Under the pieces are notes generated by a model that had not been told where the DNA came from, did not search any database, and was given only the letters and a program-made list of their open reading frames with translations. Source: Octopus sinensis (lineage: Eukaryota). From it: a stretch of DNA of 50,801 nucleotides. The stretch is taken from positions 1 through 50,801 of the forward strand of contig NW_021834274.1 of NCBI RefSeq assembly GCF_006345805.1. Direction: 5' to 3'. A program made the position numbers and the translations under genes. Position 1 is the first letter of the stretch; each line of letters begins with the position of its first letter. Shown piece by piece: positions 23,014 to 35,380 of this stretch.

Positions 23014-24383
23014 TATGTATGTATATATTTTAATCATTTTTGCCCTTATCTGGAGGCTCCTTTCCTTGCTTTTCAGCGCAGTGTCTGTTGTATAATGTTT
23101 ACAATACGAGTTATGCTGTCTTGGAGGATTGCGTTTGTGTTTCAGATGTGATGTGTGTCCTTTTTTTATGTTTTATCTCTCTAGTCATGAGGATAGCAAG
23201 TATTCGTAGCCCTTAACAAAACCTCTCAATTTAGTGAAGGGAAGGAAGAAGATATTCTCAAATCGGAGCCCGGAGTGGTTGCTTTCAACAGGGTTATGGT
23301 ATTAATCTTCTCGGACCTTAACAAAAAACTAAATAGTTGCATTTACCGCTCAAGAGTTGTGATTACGAACAAACTCACGGACAGACTTGGCTGCCTCTTC
23401 TTCTTCTGCGTTTGTTGTTCACTACCGCTTTGCCGGGAATTCGGCAGAGATGACGTTCAACCTATTCTCGCTATAGCAGTAATACAGCGTGACTGGGTTA
23501 AGACTAATTAGGTCTCGGCAGGATTCGAACTCCAAGCTTAAATAGACGGAACGAAAAACTCAAGAGATCCACTACCACATTGCTACTGCTCCATCCATGA
23601 ACTGCTACTTTTTATTTATCCCGCTTCAACTCAGAACAATAGCATCATCAAAACAATAGCAAGAATCAAAACAATAGCAAGAAGTAACCGAGGTTTGTCA
23701 TCAACAATTCAGCCTATTCACTATGTCATTGATAACTCTTCTGATTTAGGTATTAGATATTGATGAATTTAAAGTACATTATGCATAGATTTTTCGATCG
23801 TTTGAAATGCAATTCCTATGTTGTTTTTAGCTTTTCCGTTCTTTTTTATTTTTCTTAAGCCAAAAATAGTCTCGCTATGTAAAAATAAATAATGTGGTTA
23901 CATCACAGAGTTTTCCCTTTACATGAGGGAAGAAAAAAATATGATCGTTAGGGTCAGGTTTTAACTTGCTTGACCTTCGTTAGCGATAGAATGCACATCT
24001 TCTATCCACAAAAAGATTGGTAATTTATAGTTAGTTATCTTGAGTAATAAATTTAATTCTCAGCTAAATTGATCCGTCTATATGTATATACATGAATGCT
24101 GATAGCCCACCAAATATATCTATATCTGTTTTTATATCTCTCTATGTATCTATGTAACATGTAATGTATGGTATGTATGTATGTATGTAAGTATTTATGT
24201 ATGTATGTATGTATGCATCTATATATCTATCAATATATCTATCTATCTATCAATCTATCTACTGCGTGGCAACTTGGGCAAATGTCTTCTATTATAGTCT
24301 CGGGCCCACCAAAGCCTTGTGAGCGGATTTGGCAGATAGAAACTGAAAGAAGCTTGTCGTATACATGTATATATGTATATATA

Positions 24384-24663
24384 GGGAGAGTTTACGAAAA
24401 AAACAAAAGACGAAGACAGGTGGTGTACAAAACAAACAGATGTATTAGTAAAACGCTCAGGAATAGAAAAAGTATTTTACGTTTCGAGCCTATGCTCTTC
24501 TACAGAAACGGACACAGAAAAAACAAGGAGAGAAACAAGGTGAGAAAAAAAAGTGTAGTGGCTAACGATCTATCATGGCGACTAGTGCCGGACAGAATGG
24601 TCAAACAAGAGGAAGAAAGTAGGGGAGATAACAAGGTAAAGATGAGACCCAACTCGAAGGTGC
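24384..24663 (-). mobile_element. Hammerhead-bearing Penelope-like LTR element, family 1, with about 80 bp of extra upstream sequence
   Basis: Homologous to 26994-27181 and 28501-28699. Ends CTCTCCC|TATATA. Confidence 0.75.
24474..24509 (-). ncRNA. Minimal type-I hammerhead-like motif, A6U core variant
   Basis: GTTT CTGTAGA A GAGC ATAG GCTC GAAAC GTA AAAT. Confidence 0.6.
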
Positions 24664-24949
24664 GTGTGTGTATAAAGAGTATGTATGTGCGTATATATTT
24701 ATATATACATGTGTGTGTGTATGTTTGTGTGTCTGTTTTTTTGCCCCCAATATCATTTGACAACCGATAGTGGTGTATTTGTATCCCCATAACTTATCGG
24801 TTCGGCAAAAGGGACCGATAGAATAAGTACTAGGCTTACAAAGAATAAGTCCTGGGGAAAACAAGACGAAAACAAATTGTTCAAGGAGGTGCCCCAGTAT
24901 GGCCGCAGTCTTATGCTTGAAACAAGTCAAAGATAAAAGGTAAAAAGTA

Positions 24950-24981
24950 TATGAATACAAGTGTGTGTGTATATGTAGATG

Positions 24982-25015
<34 letters not shown>

Positions 25016-25196
25016 TATATATATTGTGTGTGTGTGTGTGTGTGTATATGTATATATATATATGTATAAATATATATGTGTGTGTATATTTATATATGTA
25101 TATATATATATGTTATATTATATGTATATATATATGTATATATGTATATATATATATGTATATATATATATTATATATATATAATATATATATATG

Positions 25197-25227
<31 letters not shown>

Positions 25228-25268
25228 GTATATATATGTATATATATATATATCATATAATCTGTATA

Positions 25269-25333
<65 letters not shown>

Positions 25334-25531
25334 ATGTGTGTGTGTGTATATTTTATATATGTATATATATATATATTTGTATATATATATATGTATATAT
25401 ATGTATATGTATATATATATGTATATATATATATGTATATATATATATCTATATATATATATATATGTATCTATATATACTATATGATATATATATATTA
25501 TATATATGTATATATATATATGCTATATGTA

Positions 25532-25569
<38 letters not shown>

Positions 25570-25600
25570 TATATATATGGTGTGTGTTGTGTGTGTGTGT
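24950..25600. repeat. Long degenerate (TA)n/(TG)n compound array
   Basis: About 650 bp, directly visible. Confidence 0.95.
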
Positions 25601-26074
25601 ATGTACACATATATGTAGCCATATACAAGCATATATTTTCATAAATGTATCCACTGACTTCTCTGTCAGTGTAGAAAGTATGTAAATGTGTATATACGTG
25701 TTTATATATGCTAGAGTAATGTGACTCAAATTCTAGCAGCATAAATATAAACAGGGAAACAAAGAAGATATGAATTAAAGCATCTCTTCCTCTGTGTGTG
25801 TGTGTATACATATACAGTTAAGTCATAAAATCCCCTCTTTAGGAGTGTATTATAAAAACATTTAACATTTAACGTTAGTGTGGATATAAGTGATATCATC
25901 TTATACCGATAGCTATAAAACATCTATGGATTTCACTATATCGTATCTATTACGCGCTCATCACTGCCAGTTGTTCTTTAGATGAGGTTTCAGTCTTAAT
26001 ATCATACCATACATGACGCTTCCTCTTTCAATCTGTATAAAAGGCGAACACTGTGCGCGCGCACACACACGCAC

Positions 26075-26108
<34 letters not shown>

Positions 26109-26114
<6 letters not shown>

Positions 26115-26504
26115 TTCTACTCAAGGCACAAGGCTCGAAATTTTTGGAGAGGAGGCCAGTAGATTAGAACGACTTCAGTACGCAACTGGTACTTAATTTA
26201 TCGACTACGAAAGGATGAAAGGCAAAGTCAACCTCGGCGGAATTTGAACTCAGAACGTAGCGGCAGACGAAATACCTATTTCTTTACTACCCACAAGGGC
26301 CTAAACACAGAGAGGACAAACAAGGACAGACAAACGAATTAAGTCGATTACATCGACCCCAGTGCGTAACTGGTACTTAATTTATCGACCCTGAAAGGAT
26401 GAAAGGCAAAGTCGACCTCGGCGGTTCTTGAGCTCAGAACGTAACGGCAGTCGAAATACGGCTACGCATTTCGCCCGGCGTGCTAACGGTTCTTCCAGCT
26501 CGCC
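26109..26504 (-). mobile_element. SINE family B dimer
   Basis: Two central domains with the standard linker and an intact head. Confidence 0.92.
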
Positions 26505-26993
26505 TACTATCGTATATAGCTATGTTTGAATGCATGTGTGTGTGTGTGCGTGGGTGCGTGCGTGTGTTCATTCTCTCTATTTATATGTGTGTTAGTACAG
26601 TGTCGTTACAAAGGCCTCTGCACTTGTGCAATTAAAAATCTATAATATAGAAATATCTGTATATAATAAAAATCTATCTAAAATGAATATTCATAAGCCT
26701 GATTCACCAATAATTAATTGCTGATTTCAAGATATGTCTTATAATCGTTTGTCAATTTCTCCAATATTTAGTGATTCGTGCTTTCAAATTTTGGCAGAAG
26801 GCCAGCAAGTTTAGGGTAATGGATAACCCGACTTCATCATCCCCAGTGTCCACCTGCTTCCTAATTTACCGATCCTGAAGGGATGAAAGTCAAAATCAAC
26901 CTCGGTGACATTTTGCTTAGATATATACATGCATACATACACACAATCATAAGAATAAATATGTGTATATATGTATAGGTGTGTATATATATA

Positions 26994-27181
26994 TCGCCAT
27001 GATAGATCGTTAGCCAATACACACATTTTTTCTCTCCTTGTTTTTTTCTGTGTCCCTTTCTGTAGAAGAGCGTAGGCTCGAAATGTAAAAGACTTTTTCT
27101 ATTCCTGAGCGTTATACTAATACATCTGTTTGTTTTGTGCACCACCTGTCTTCATCCTTTGTTTTTTTCGTAAACTCTCCC
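26994..27181 (+). mobile_element. Hammerhead element family 1 (motif 27056-27091), flanked by (TA)n on both sides
   Basis: TATA|TCGCCATGATAG...CTTT CTGTAGA A GAGC GTAG GCTC GAAAT GTA AAAG...CTCTCCC|TATA. Confidence 0.75.
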
Positions 27182-27380
27182 TATATATATATAATATATA
27201 TATATTATATATATATATATATAATATAATAGAGAGAGAGAGAGAGAGGGAGTGATAGAGAGAGAGAGAAAGAGAGAGAGGAAGAGAGAATACCCGTATG
27301 TATGTATGTATGAAGTAATTTGCCGGTTACGGTTACATTCGACTTGGGCACCTGTATAATTAAAAAATATATATATAAAC

Positions 27381-27784
27381 GGTTTCAAATTTTGGTACAA
27401 GGCCAGCAAGTTCGGGTCGGCTACAGATTAAGTCAACTACATCGATTCCGTTGCTCAGCCGGTATTTATTTTATCGACACGAAAGGAAGAAAAGCAAATT
27501 CGACCTCGACGAAGTTTGAACTCAGAATGTAATGACAGAGGAAATGGCTCTAAGCATTTTGCCGGGCTTGCTAACGATTCTGCCAGCTCACCATGTTGAT
27601 TTCAAATTTTGGCGCCAGGCCAGTGAGTTTTGGACTGGAGTTAAGTGGACCACATCGACTTCGGTGCTCAATTGCTACTTATTTTATCGAACCCGAAAAG
27701 ATGACCTAGGGGACAATTGAACTCAGAGGACAGAGACAGACGAAATATTGCTGAGCATTTTGTCCAGTGGCTAACGATTCTCCC
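27381..27784 (-). mobile_element. Two tandem SINE family B monomers with the alternative CCTTGTGCCAAAATTTGAAA-type tail
   Basis: Units 27381-27592 and 27597-27784, each with head, B-box and central domain. Confidence 0.8.
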
Positions 27785-28389
27785 TATGCACTTAATTAAA
27801 AATCTCTATAATATTACGTCTATATCTGATAGAATTAATGTATAATGAATATTCGCCAGCCTGATGCACATAATTTTAATAGGTGTCAATCAAGACATTT
27901 CTTATAATTGTTTCATAATTTCTCAAACTTTCAGTAATTATTAAAACCATATTTTAGGCTGAAATGTCAAGACTACATTTTGCTGTGTCTTGAGAGGATC
28001 ATCCCGCCAGTATTCATAACAAAATATTTTAAAAAAAATGCTTCAGCACACGAATTCAAATAAAGAATCGTGCAAACTAAATACAATTGAAGACTACATT
28101 TTATTCAACTTAACTACGTTCTGCATACATCTTGAAGAACTTGGAAGAGTTCTTGTGATTCAACCTTCAATTGAAAATCAGTAGCAAAATTTAATTCTAG
28201 AATTCTAGAATCGTATTATCTTTGTATACGTAAAAAAGATGAACATGTCGAATGATTCGTACATTTCGCTTTTTAATTCTACTATATTTTATGTACTCTA
28301 ATTAATAATGTTTTACATACATACATACATACGAGTATCTCTCTCTCACTCTCTCTCTTTCTCTCTCTCTCTCTATCACTCCCTCTCTC

Positions 28390-28481
<92 letters not shown>

Positions 28482-28500
28482 AAATATATATATATGTATA

Positions 28501-28699
28501 GGGAGAGTTACGTAAAAAACAAAAGATGAAGACAGGTGGTGTACAAAACAAACAGATGTATTAGTATAACGCTCAGGAATAGAAAAAGTCTTTTACGTTT
28601 CGAGCCTACGCTCTTCTACAGAAAGGGCCCCAGGGAAAAACAAGGAGAGAAACAAGGAGAGAAAAAATGTGTGTAGTGGCTAACGATCTATCATGGCGA
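28501..28699 (-). mobile_element. Hammerhead element family 1 (motif 28590-28625), flanked by (TA)n on both sides
   Basis: CTTT CTGTAGA A GAGC GTAG GCTC GAAAC GTA AAAG, with 4-bp stem I and 4-bp stem II intact. Confidence 0.78.
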
Positions 28700-29739
28700 T
28701 ATATATATATATACACACCCATACATATATACATATATTTATTCTTAGGATTGTGCGTATGTATGCATGTATGTATCTAAGCATAATATATATTTATGTA
28801 TTTATATATGTATATGCATGCACCTATTGAATTCAGCCAAGTAAATGCATAGACTTATTTTAATCTAACGTAGAAAACAAAGATGCATTCAAATACTTAT
28901 ACTTGACGATATTAATTTAGACATAAAAATTAACTTGTCTTTCTCTTTTTTCCCACTTTCTCCCCTTCTTTCTTTCCGTTCATTTATCTATCTTTTTTAT
29001 ATACACATTATGTGCATTTATACAGATACACACATGCATACACTTACGGATACATACACATACACGCATACACAGACACTCACGCACACACACACGCATA
29101 CACACACACACACACGTACATTTTGTGCAACGCATTGATTAAATATCGTAGGTGAACTAAAATATACTAAATTCACGTGAGTCTATTTACTATATGTATA
29201 TATACATACACATGTGTGTGAATGTATGTGTGTGTCTCTGTATGTGTATGTATGTATGTATGTATGTATGTATATATATACATAATATATATATATATAT
29301 ATATATATATTTCTACATACAAATATATACGCATATATACGTATACATATTCATACATAAATATTTGTACGTATGTGCGCATATAGCTAAGCAAATATAT
29401 AGGTTGGTAGGTAGGTACACATTCAGCACAAGTTTTCAATCAGTAGCGTCTGAATTATCCAATATTTTATACTTACATGTATAAATATATGGGAATTAAT
29501 TCAAAAATCTAAACTATTCTATCGCAACGAAAATGTCGCGTCGACGTGTATCGCACACATCAAGCAGTAACTTCCCTCTATCGTTATTAATGGAATTGCT
29601 CAAAAATTTGCAAAATATAATCATATAAACGAGAATAAACGTATAATATTTCTGCTTTTCTATATATACAAATGCAAAATACAGAATCGTCGTCTTCTTT
29701 ACACTAGTATATCAATGTATGTAGTCTGTAATATATTTT

Positions 29740-30120
29740 GGTACAGAGCCGGCAATTTTAGAGGATGGGTGTTTGTTGATACCACCCATTCTCGTCCTCA
29801 AATGGTACTTATTTTATCAGCCCCGTAAGGATGAAAAACAAAGTTCACCTTGGCAGCATTGAAACACAGGACGCATATGTAGTTCATATTTGTGATTTCA
29901 AATTTTGGCACAAAGCCAGCATTTTTCGTGGGAGGAAGATTGTACAATACATCGACCTCATTATTCAACTAATACTTATTTTATCACTGAAAGGTAAAGT
30001 CGACATCGGCTTTCAGGATGAAAGGTAAAGTCGATATTGGCGGCATTTGAACTCAGAACATAAAGACAACGAAATGCCGCTATGCATTTTTCCCAGCGTG
30101 CTAACAACTCTGCCAGGTCA
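29740..30120 (-). mobile_element. Tandem diverged SINE family B copies
   Basis: GGATGAAAAACAAAGTTCACCTTGGC and GGATGAAAGGTAAAGTCGATATTGGCGGCATTTGAACTCAGAAC blocks. Confidence 0.75.
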
Positions 30121-30157
30121 CTGCTTTATGTAGATCATAATAAGGATAAGAACGTAA

Positions 30158-30292
30158 AGGCACGTGACCTAATGGCTAGTGCATTGCATTCACGATTGCA
30201 AGGTTACGGTTTCGATTCACTTGAGCAAAACCTTTCATTTCACATTGCTCCAGAACACCCAGCTTGAGTAACCCTCCGGTGACCAGTGTTTG
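30158..30292 (+). mobile_element. Diverged tRNA/CORE-like SINE (family D)
   Basis: TGACCTAATGG A-box, GGTTTCGATTC B-box, TTGAGCAAAAC core-like, CTCCAGAACACCCAGCT. A related minus copy lies at about 32440-32605. Confidence 0.55.
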
Positions 30293-30399
30293 TCAGGAGT
30301 AATGCCATGATCTCGGTTAATTATACGCCATGGAATGTCGGTAAACGCCCATACAGTTGCTAGGAGTAAGAATATTCTTACTAATAACGATTACAGACA

Positions 30400-30615
30400 T
30401 GGTTTCAAGTTTTGGGACAAAGCCAACAATTTTCAGAAGCGAGCGTTTGCAGATTACATCAACCCCAGTCCTTAACGATTACTTTAGGCTGCCAATCGCG
30501 GCGAGACAAAGGTAAAGCTGACCTTAGCTAGGTTTGAACGTAGAACGTAGAACGTAAAGAGCCTGAATAAATACCGAAAGGCATTTTAACTGATGCTCTA
30601 ACGATTCTGCCATTT
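30400..30615 (-). mobile_element. Diverged SINE family B
   Basis: Tail GGTTTCAAGTTTTGGGACAAAGCC and head CTAACGATTCTGCC. Confidence 0.6.
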
Positions 30616-30801
30616 AGCACCTATTATATTACAATTGTACCTAACATAAGAACAAAACCTGAAATATTGTTGGCAGGTAACTTTACTCGTATGAATCGAC
30701 CCCAGTCCGTCAACCGTACATTATTCTTATTGACATCGAAAATATAAAAATCAAAGTCAGTCTTCGATAGGAACTAACGCTATAATATATACCGCAAGAT
30801 A

Positions 30802-31171
30802 GTGGAGGCGCAATGGCCCAGTGGTTAGGGCAGCGAACTCGCGGTCGTAGGATCGCGGTTTCGATTCCCAGACCGGGCGTTGTGAGTGTTTATTGAGCGA
30901 AAACACCTAAAAGCTCCACGAGGCTCCGGCAGGGATGGTGGTGATCCCTGCTGTACTCTTTCACCACAACTTTCTCTCACTCTTACTTCCTGTTTCTGTT
31001 GTACCTGTATTTCAAAGGGCCGGCCTTGTCACTCTCTGTGTCACGCTGAATATCCCCGAGAACTACGTTAAGGGTGCACGTGTCTGTGGAGTGCTCAGCC
31101 ACTTACACGTTAATTTCACGAGCAGGCTGTTCCGTTGATCGGATCAACCGGAACCCTCGTCATCGTAACCG
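30802..31171 (+). mobile_element. SINE family C, slightly 3' truncated
   Basis: A-box TGGCCCAGTGG, B-box GGTTTCGATTCCC, near-identical to 15062-15436. Confidence 0.9.
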
Positions 31172-31576
31172 TAAAGATATATTGTCTTTGTCCGACACTG
31201 TAAGGATCCTTCTAATGTACAATAATAATAAATAATATATCATATATATTGTTGTAATTAATTTTCTCTTCTCATGCAAGCATTAAGCAATAATTTGATA
31301 TGTGATGCCGTATGACTTATATAAACACTGTGGGAAAAGTTAAGTTGCTGTGAAATAAATGCAACATAACTGTCGAGGAGCCTCACCGATCTGATGTCAC
31401 TTAATCGTGGTGAGATTAACATGTTCTCTTAATCTCTTTCTGTTTCTTCATCTCACTTTTATAGGCCATTTCTTTTTATAATTTTCAAATATATAATACT
31501 TTACCAAGGACTTTGTCTTCTAAGTCAATTATATACATATATATATATTATATATATATATAATATATATATATAC

Positions 31577-31613
<37 letters not shown>

Positions 31614-32338
31614 TTAATATACTTATACATACATATATGTATAAATATTATATGTGTCTATGATTGTGCATATGTATAACTGCGTCCAGAGATGCATATA
31701 TTTAGATAGATGAATAGATAAACAGATATAGAGGTCGGTTAGTAGATACAGAAACAATTATGTACGCATTGCATACTTCCATAAATATGGCTAGATTGAT
31801 ATAGATAGATATGTTCGTGTATACACACTCATAAACATATATATATATATATACATATATATATAGATATACGTACATACACACACATACACACACATAT
31901 ATATGCGTATGCCGACACACATGCAGAAATGCATGTCACTCAGCACACTCTCACGTACTTCTGTAATTGATCCGTCCTCACAGCATGTAAGACGTCTGAC
32001 TGCGATTTGATTACACCAATGTATAATCCCCGTTCACACATGCACACACATACACACATACACACAGTGTTGCACATATTTGTGTGTATATATATTTGAT
32101 AGCTATATAAGTTATCCTGTGCATACATATATGTGTGTGTGTGTGTATCTATGTATATATATATGTATATATATATGTATATATATGTATATATATATAT
32201 ATATATATACTATATATATATATATATATATATAATAATATATATATATATATATTATATATATATACACATATATATGTACTTATATAAAAATTATTTA
32301 TATGTAAATATAATATGTGACAATTATTCGGTAGCTTT

Positions 32339-32400
32339 GATAAACCTCCGAATTTCGGATGTCGGGACAGAAACCCACGCCGGCATCTCTTCAGTAATTG
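32339..32400 (-). ncRNA. Degenerate hammerhead-like motif with an extended stem II, beside a (TA)n array
   Basis: CTGAAGA GATGCCGG...CCGACATC C GAAAT TCGGAG GTT. Stem I is only about 2 bp. Confidence 0.3.
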
Positions 32401-33308
32401 GGCCGATTTTGATAGCCCGATACTGTTGGTGAAAGAGTTGCACTTGCACTTATCTGGTACTCATTTCAGCTGAGCAGACTATAGCAACATGATGACTTGG
32501 TGTGTCTTTGTCAATGAGACAACAGACCGTCTTGTCCAAGATTCGATTCGAACCCACGATGTTATGATCGTGGATTCATTACCTACTGCAATAAGGCCCA
32601 TTTCTGTGTGAATATATAAGTAGTAATCTTCTAGAACTGTTAAAGAAAGATGATGAGATGTTTGTGCAATCATACTAGTTTTCTCGCCCTAAGAATCTAA
32701 TAAAACTCTTGTCCCAGATAATCTCATATTAAACCATACTTTACTACTAAAGAGCTGCTGTAAAGAACGTGTTATATCTTCTGGAAACCTTACACCACTG
32801 TTTTGTTCTTCTTTGACCTTACATTTATTTTGTCCAGCATGCTGTATACAAAGACATGCTCAGTCACAGTTCTCATGAAAAAGAAAGCGAGCCCTTCTGA
32901 GATTTCGTTTTCTTCAGTTCCATATGTATGTTAAACACTTCTTCTTCAAAAATCGAATTGTGATGCCGCATAAGAATGGACGTGTCATATTTCCCATTAA
33001 TTGTGGAATGTGTATTGGTTTGTTTGATTCTTTTTCTTTCTTTTGACGTTTCAAAGCTAACAACAGCTGGGGTCGTTGTTCTTTGCATGAATATTGTGGC
33101 AGTTGGGGCTTACACTCTAATCTGCCCTTAAAATGTAAATAGCATAAAAAAGAATCCATTGTAGATTCACGAGTCTCTTGCTTGAAGAAACCAGGAATAT
33201 ACCAATCTTTGACTACGAAACCGCCCCCAGTGCTTTACTTGTATCGACCCCAAAAATATGAATGACAACGTTGACTTCTGTGTGATTTGAAATCAGAATG
33301 TAAACATA

Positions 33309-33460
33309 GGTACAGGCGTGACTGTGTTAAGAAGCTTTCTTCCCAACCACATGATTCCGGGTTCAGTCCCACTGCATGGAACTTTGGGTAAGTTTATTCT
33401 ATTATAGCCAAAGACCGACCAAAGCCTTGTGAGTGGATTTGATAGATGGAAACTGAAAGA
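33309..33460 (+). mobile_element. SINE family A 5' half, ending in (GA)n
   Basis: CCACATGATTCCGGGTTCAGTCCCACTGC...GAAACTGAAAG. Confidence 0.85.
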
Positions 33461-33463
33461 GGG

Positions 33464-33502
<39 letters not shown>

Positions 33503-33714
33503 CAGGGAAAGAAAGAACAAGATTTTTTTTTTCTATCCCTTCCTTAGATTAAGGGTGTATACCCAAAATGTAAATGTTCCCTACATATCAACTCATCCAA
33601 ATTTATCAACAGCATTATTAATAATCAAAGATATTGCCTTCTGCAGAAGGCATATTTACCCTGTTCCTTTATCTTCGTGTTGTTGACATTACAAATGGAG
33701 TAGACCATAGGAAA

Positions 33715-33870
33715 TCCCCATCAATAGCAGCCAAATCTCCCTGAAATTGCGCCTTAACACCTTAATGACATATTTGATAATATTGTCTCGGGTTTGCTTC
33801 ACATGCCAAACAGACGAAATGGTCACGGACGGAATGCTTTTGATCATTCCTACAACTAAACAACAGTAAC
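33715..33870 (+). mobile_element. Fragment of another dispersed repeat (family E)
   Basis: AATAGCAGCCAAATCTCCC and GGAATGCTTTTGATCAT motifs recur at about 10960-11010 (-), 17160-17250 (+) and 37325-37450 (-). Confidence 0.5.
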
Positions 33871-34132
33871 AACAGCATCAGTAACCTCAATAGCATCGAT
33901 CTTACTATTAAATCAACGTTAGTGATGTTTCCACTAATCTACGGGGGACTTTTACCCTCTGTTCCGCCACGATCCCACCACTCACCTTTCTACAGACGTC
34001 ACTACCATTAATCTGGTTCTCACTCCCTTTCTCTGACGTCACAATGACCACCAACAATTAATATTACACCTGCTGCTGGTTTTTATTGTCTATTCAACAG
34101 GTTCGAACCCTGCAAACAACACCACTGAAACC

Positions 34133-34133
<1 letters not shown>

Positions 34134-34195
<62 letters not shown>

Positions 34196-34388
34196 TTGGC
34201 GGCAGGGGCTAGTCGGTTACATCGACCCCAGTGTTTCACTGGTACTTAGTTTATCGACCCCGAAAGGATGAAAGGCAAAGACGACCTCGGCGGAATTTGA
34301 ACTCAGGTCGTAAAGACAGACGAAATATCTCTAAGCATTTTGCCTGACGTGCTAACGATTCTGCAAGGTCACAGCTTTGATGATGATG

Positions 34389-34453
<65 letters not shown>

Positions 34454-34530
34454 AAGAAGAAGAAGAAGAAGAAGAAGAAGAAGAAGAAGAAGAAGAAGAA
34501 GAAGAAGAAGAAGAAGAAGAAGAAGAAGAA
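34134..34530. repeat. (TAA)n, family B SINE (34195-34372, minus), (TAA)n(GAA)n
   Basis: Perfect trinucleotide arrays flanking a clear B central domain. Confidence 0.9.
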
Positions 34531-34859
34531 AAGAAGAAAAGCAACAAAAATAAAACAAATGCCAACATTTGCAAACAGGACCAATAGTAATATAATGATT
34601 ACTGACAGTAATTAAGCCACATATATTTTTAGGGGGAGCATGAAAGGCGTAGATTGACACCCAAGCATATAACTGGTATATCAAGCCTCGGAAGTATGAA
34701 ATTTAATGTCAAATCTCACCTCCGTTGAATTTTAAATAAGAACGTATATAATCCCAACTGAACAACACAACAAGGTGTTTTCTAGTCTTACTCGGAATAA
34801 TTACGTCATAGCTTGGCTGTCACGAGGACCGATACCTTTAACTTACCGTCACTGTCAAT

Positions 34860-35380
34860 ACCCGCTTCGTCGTCATCATCATTAACATCATCACCAACAC
34901 CAACACTGCCATCACCACATCAGGAAATCCACCAACTGCATTGTCAGCGATTTCATCATCATCATCATCATTACCATCAACATCGTCGTCGTAATCGTCG
35001 ACGTCATTATCTTTATCAATATCACCACCACCGCCACCACCACTATTACAACCACAACTATCAATATCAACATCACCACCACCATCATATTCATCCCCCT
35101 CCTCTTCCTCCTTCTCCTCCTCCTCCTTCTTCTTCTCCTCCTCCTTTTTCTCCTCCCCATCATCATCGCCATCATCATCACCATCATCACCATCAATATC
35201 ATCACCCCCACCACCATTACCACTACTTCAGTCATCATCAGCATTATCACCACCATCGTCGTGTTCATCATCGCCACAGCCATAGTCGTCGTCACCCATG
35301 TTGTCGGCACCACCACTACCACACTAGTACCATTGCTAGCATCCACCAAGACTACCTTCTTCGCCGTCGCTATTAAAACT
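34860..35380. repeat. CAT/CAC/CCT cryptic low-complexity tract
   Basis: Mixed trinucleotide repeats that give a spurious His/Pro ORF. Confidence 0.85.

Larger units (their letters stand above)
24260..24950 (+). mobile_element. 5'-truncated SINE family A interrupted in its central microsatellite by a hammerhead element
   Basis: The 5' half ends near 24360, the 3' half resumes near 24720, and the insertion lies at 24384-24663. Confidence 0.85.
26914..28783. repeat. Inverted duplication with arms 26914-27312 and 28316-28783 and a spacer of about 1 kb
   Basis: The arms match in reverse complement across unique flank, hammerhead element, TA array and AG array. Confidence 0.9.

Noticed and set aside
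24951-25811. Numerous poly-(IY), (CV), (HT) and poly-Ile/Asn ORFs here and throughout the window
   Set aside because: These are translations of di- and trinucleotide microsatellites.
30802-30880. tRNA gene
   Set aside because: A and B boxes are present, but there is no acceptor-stem pairing or T-run terminator, and it continues into a 300-bp body shared with another copy. It is a SINE head.
34452-34530. Perfect (GAA)n tract as a triplex-forming element
   Set aside because: It is real but ordinary in this microsatellite-rich genome, with no supporting context.
34813-35376. His/Pro-rich 187-aa ORF
   Set aside because: It is a cryptic CAT/CAC/CCT simple sequence, open in several frames and on both strands.
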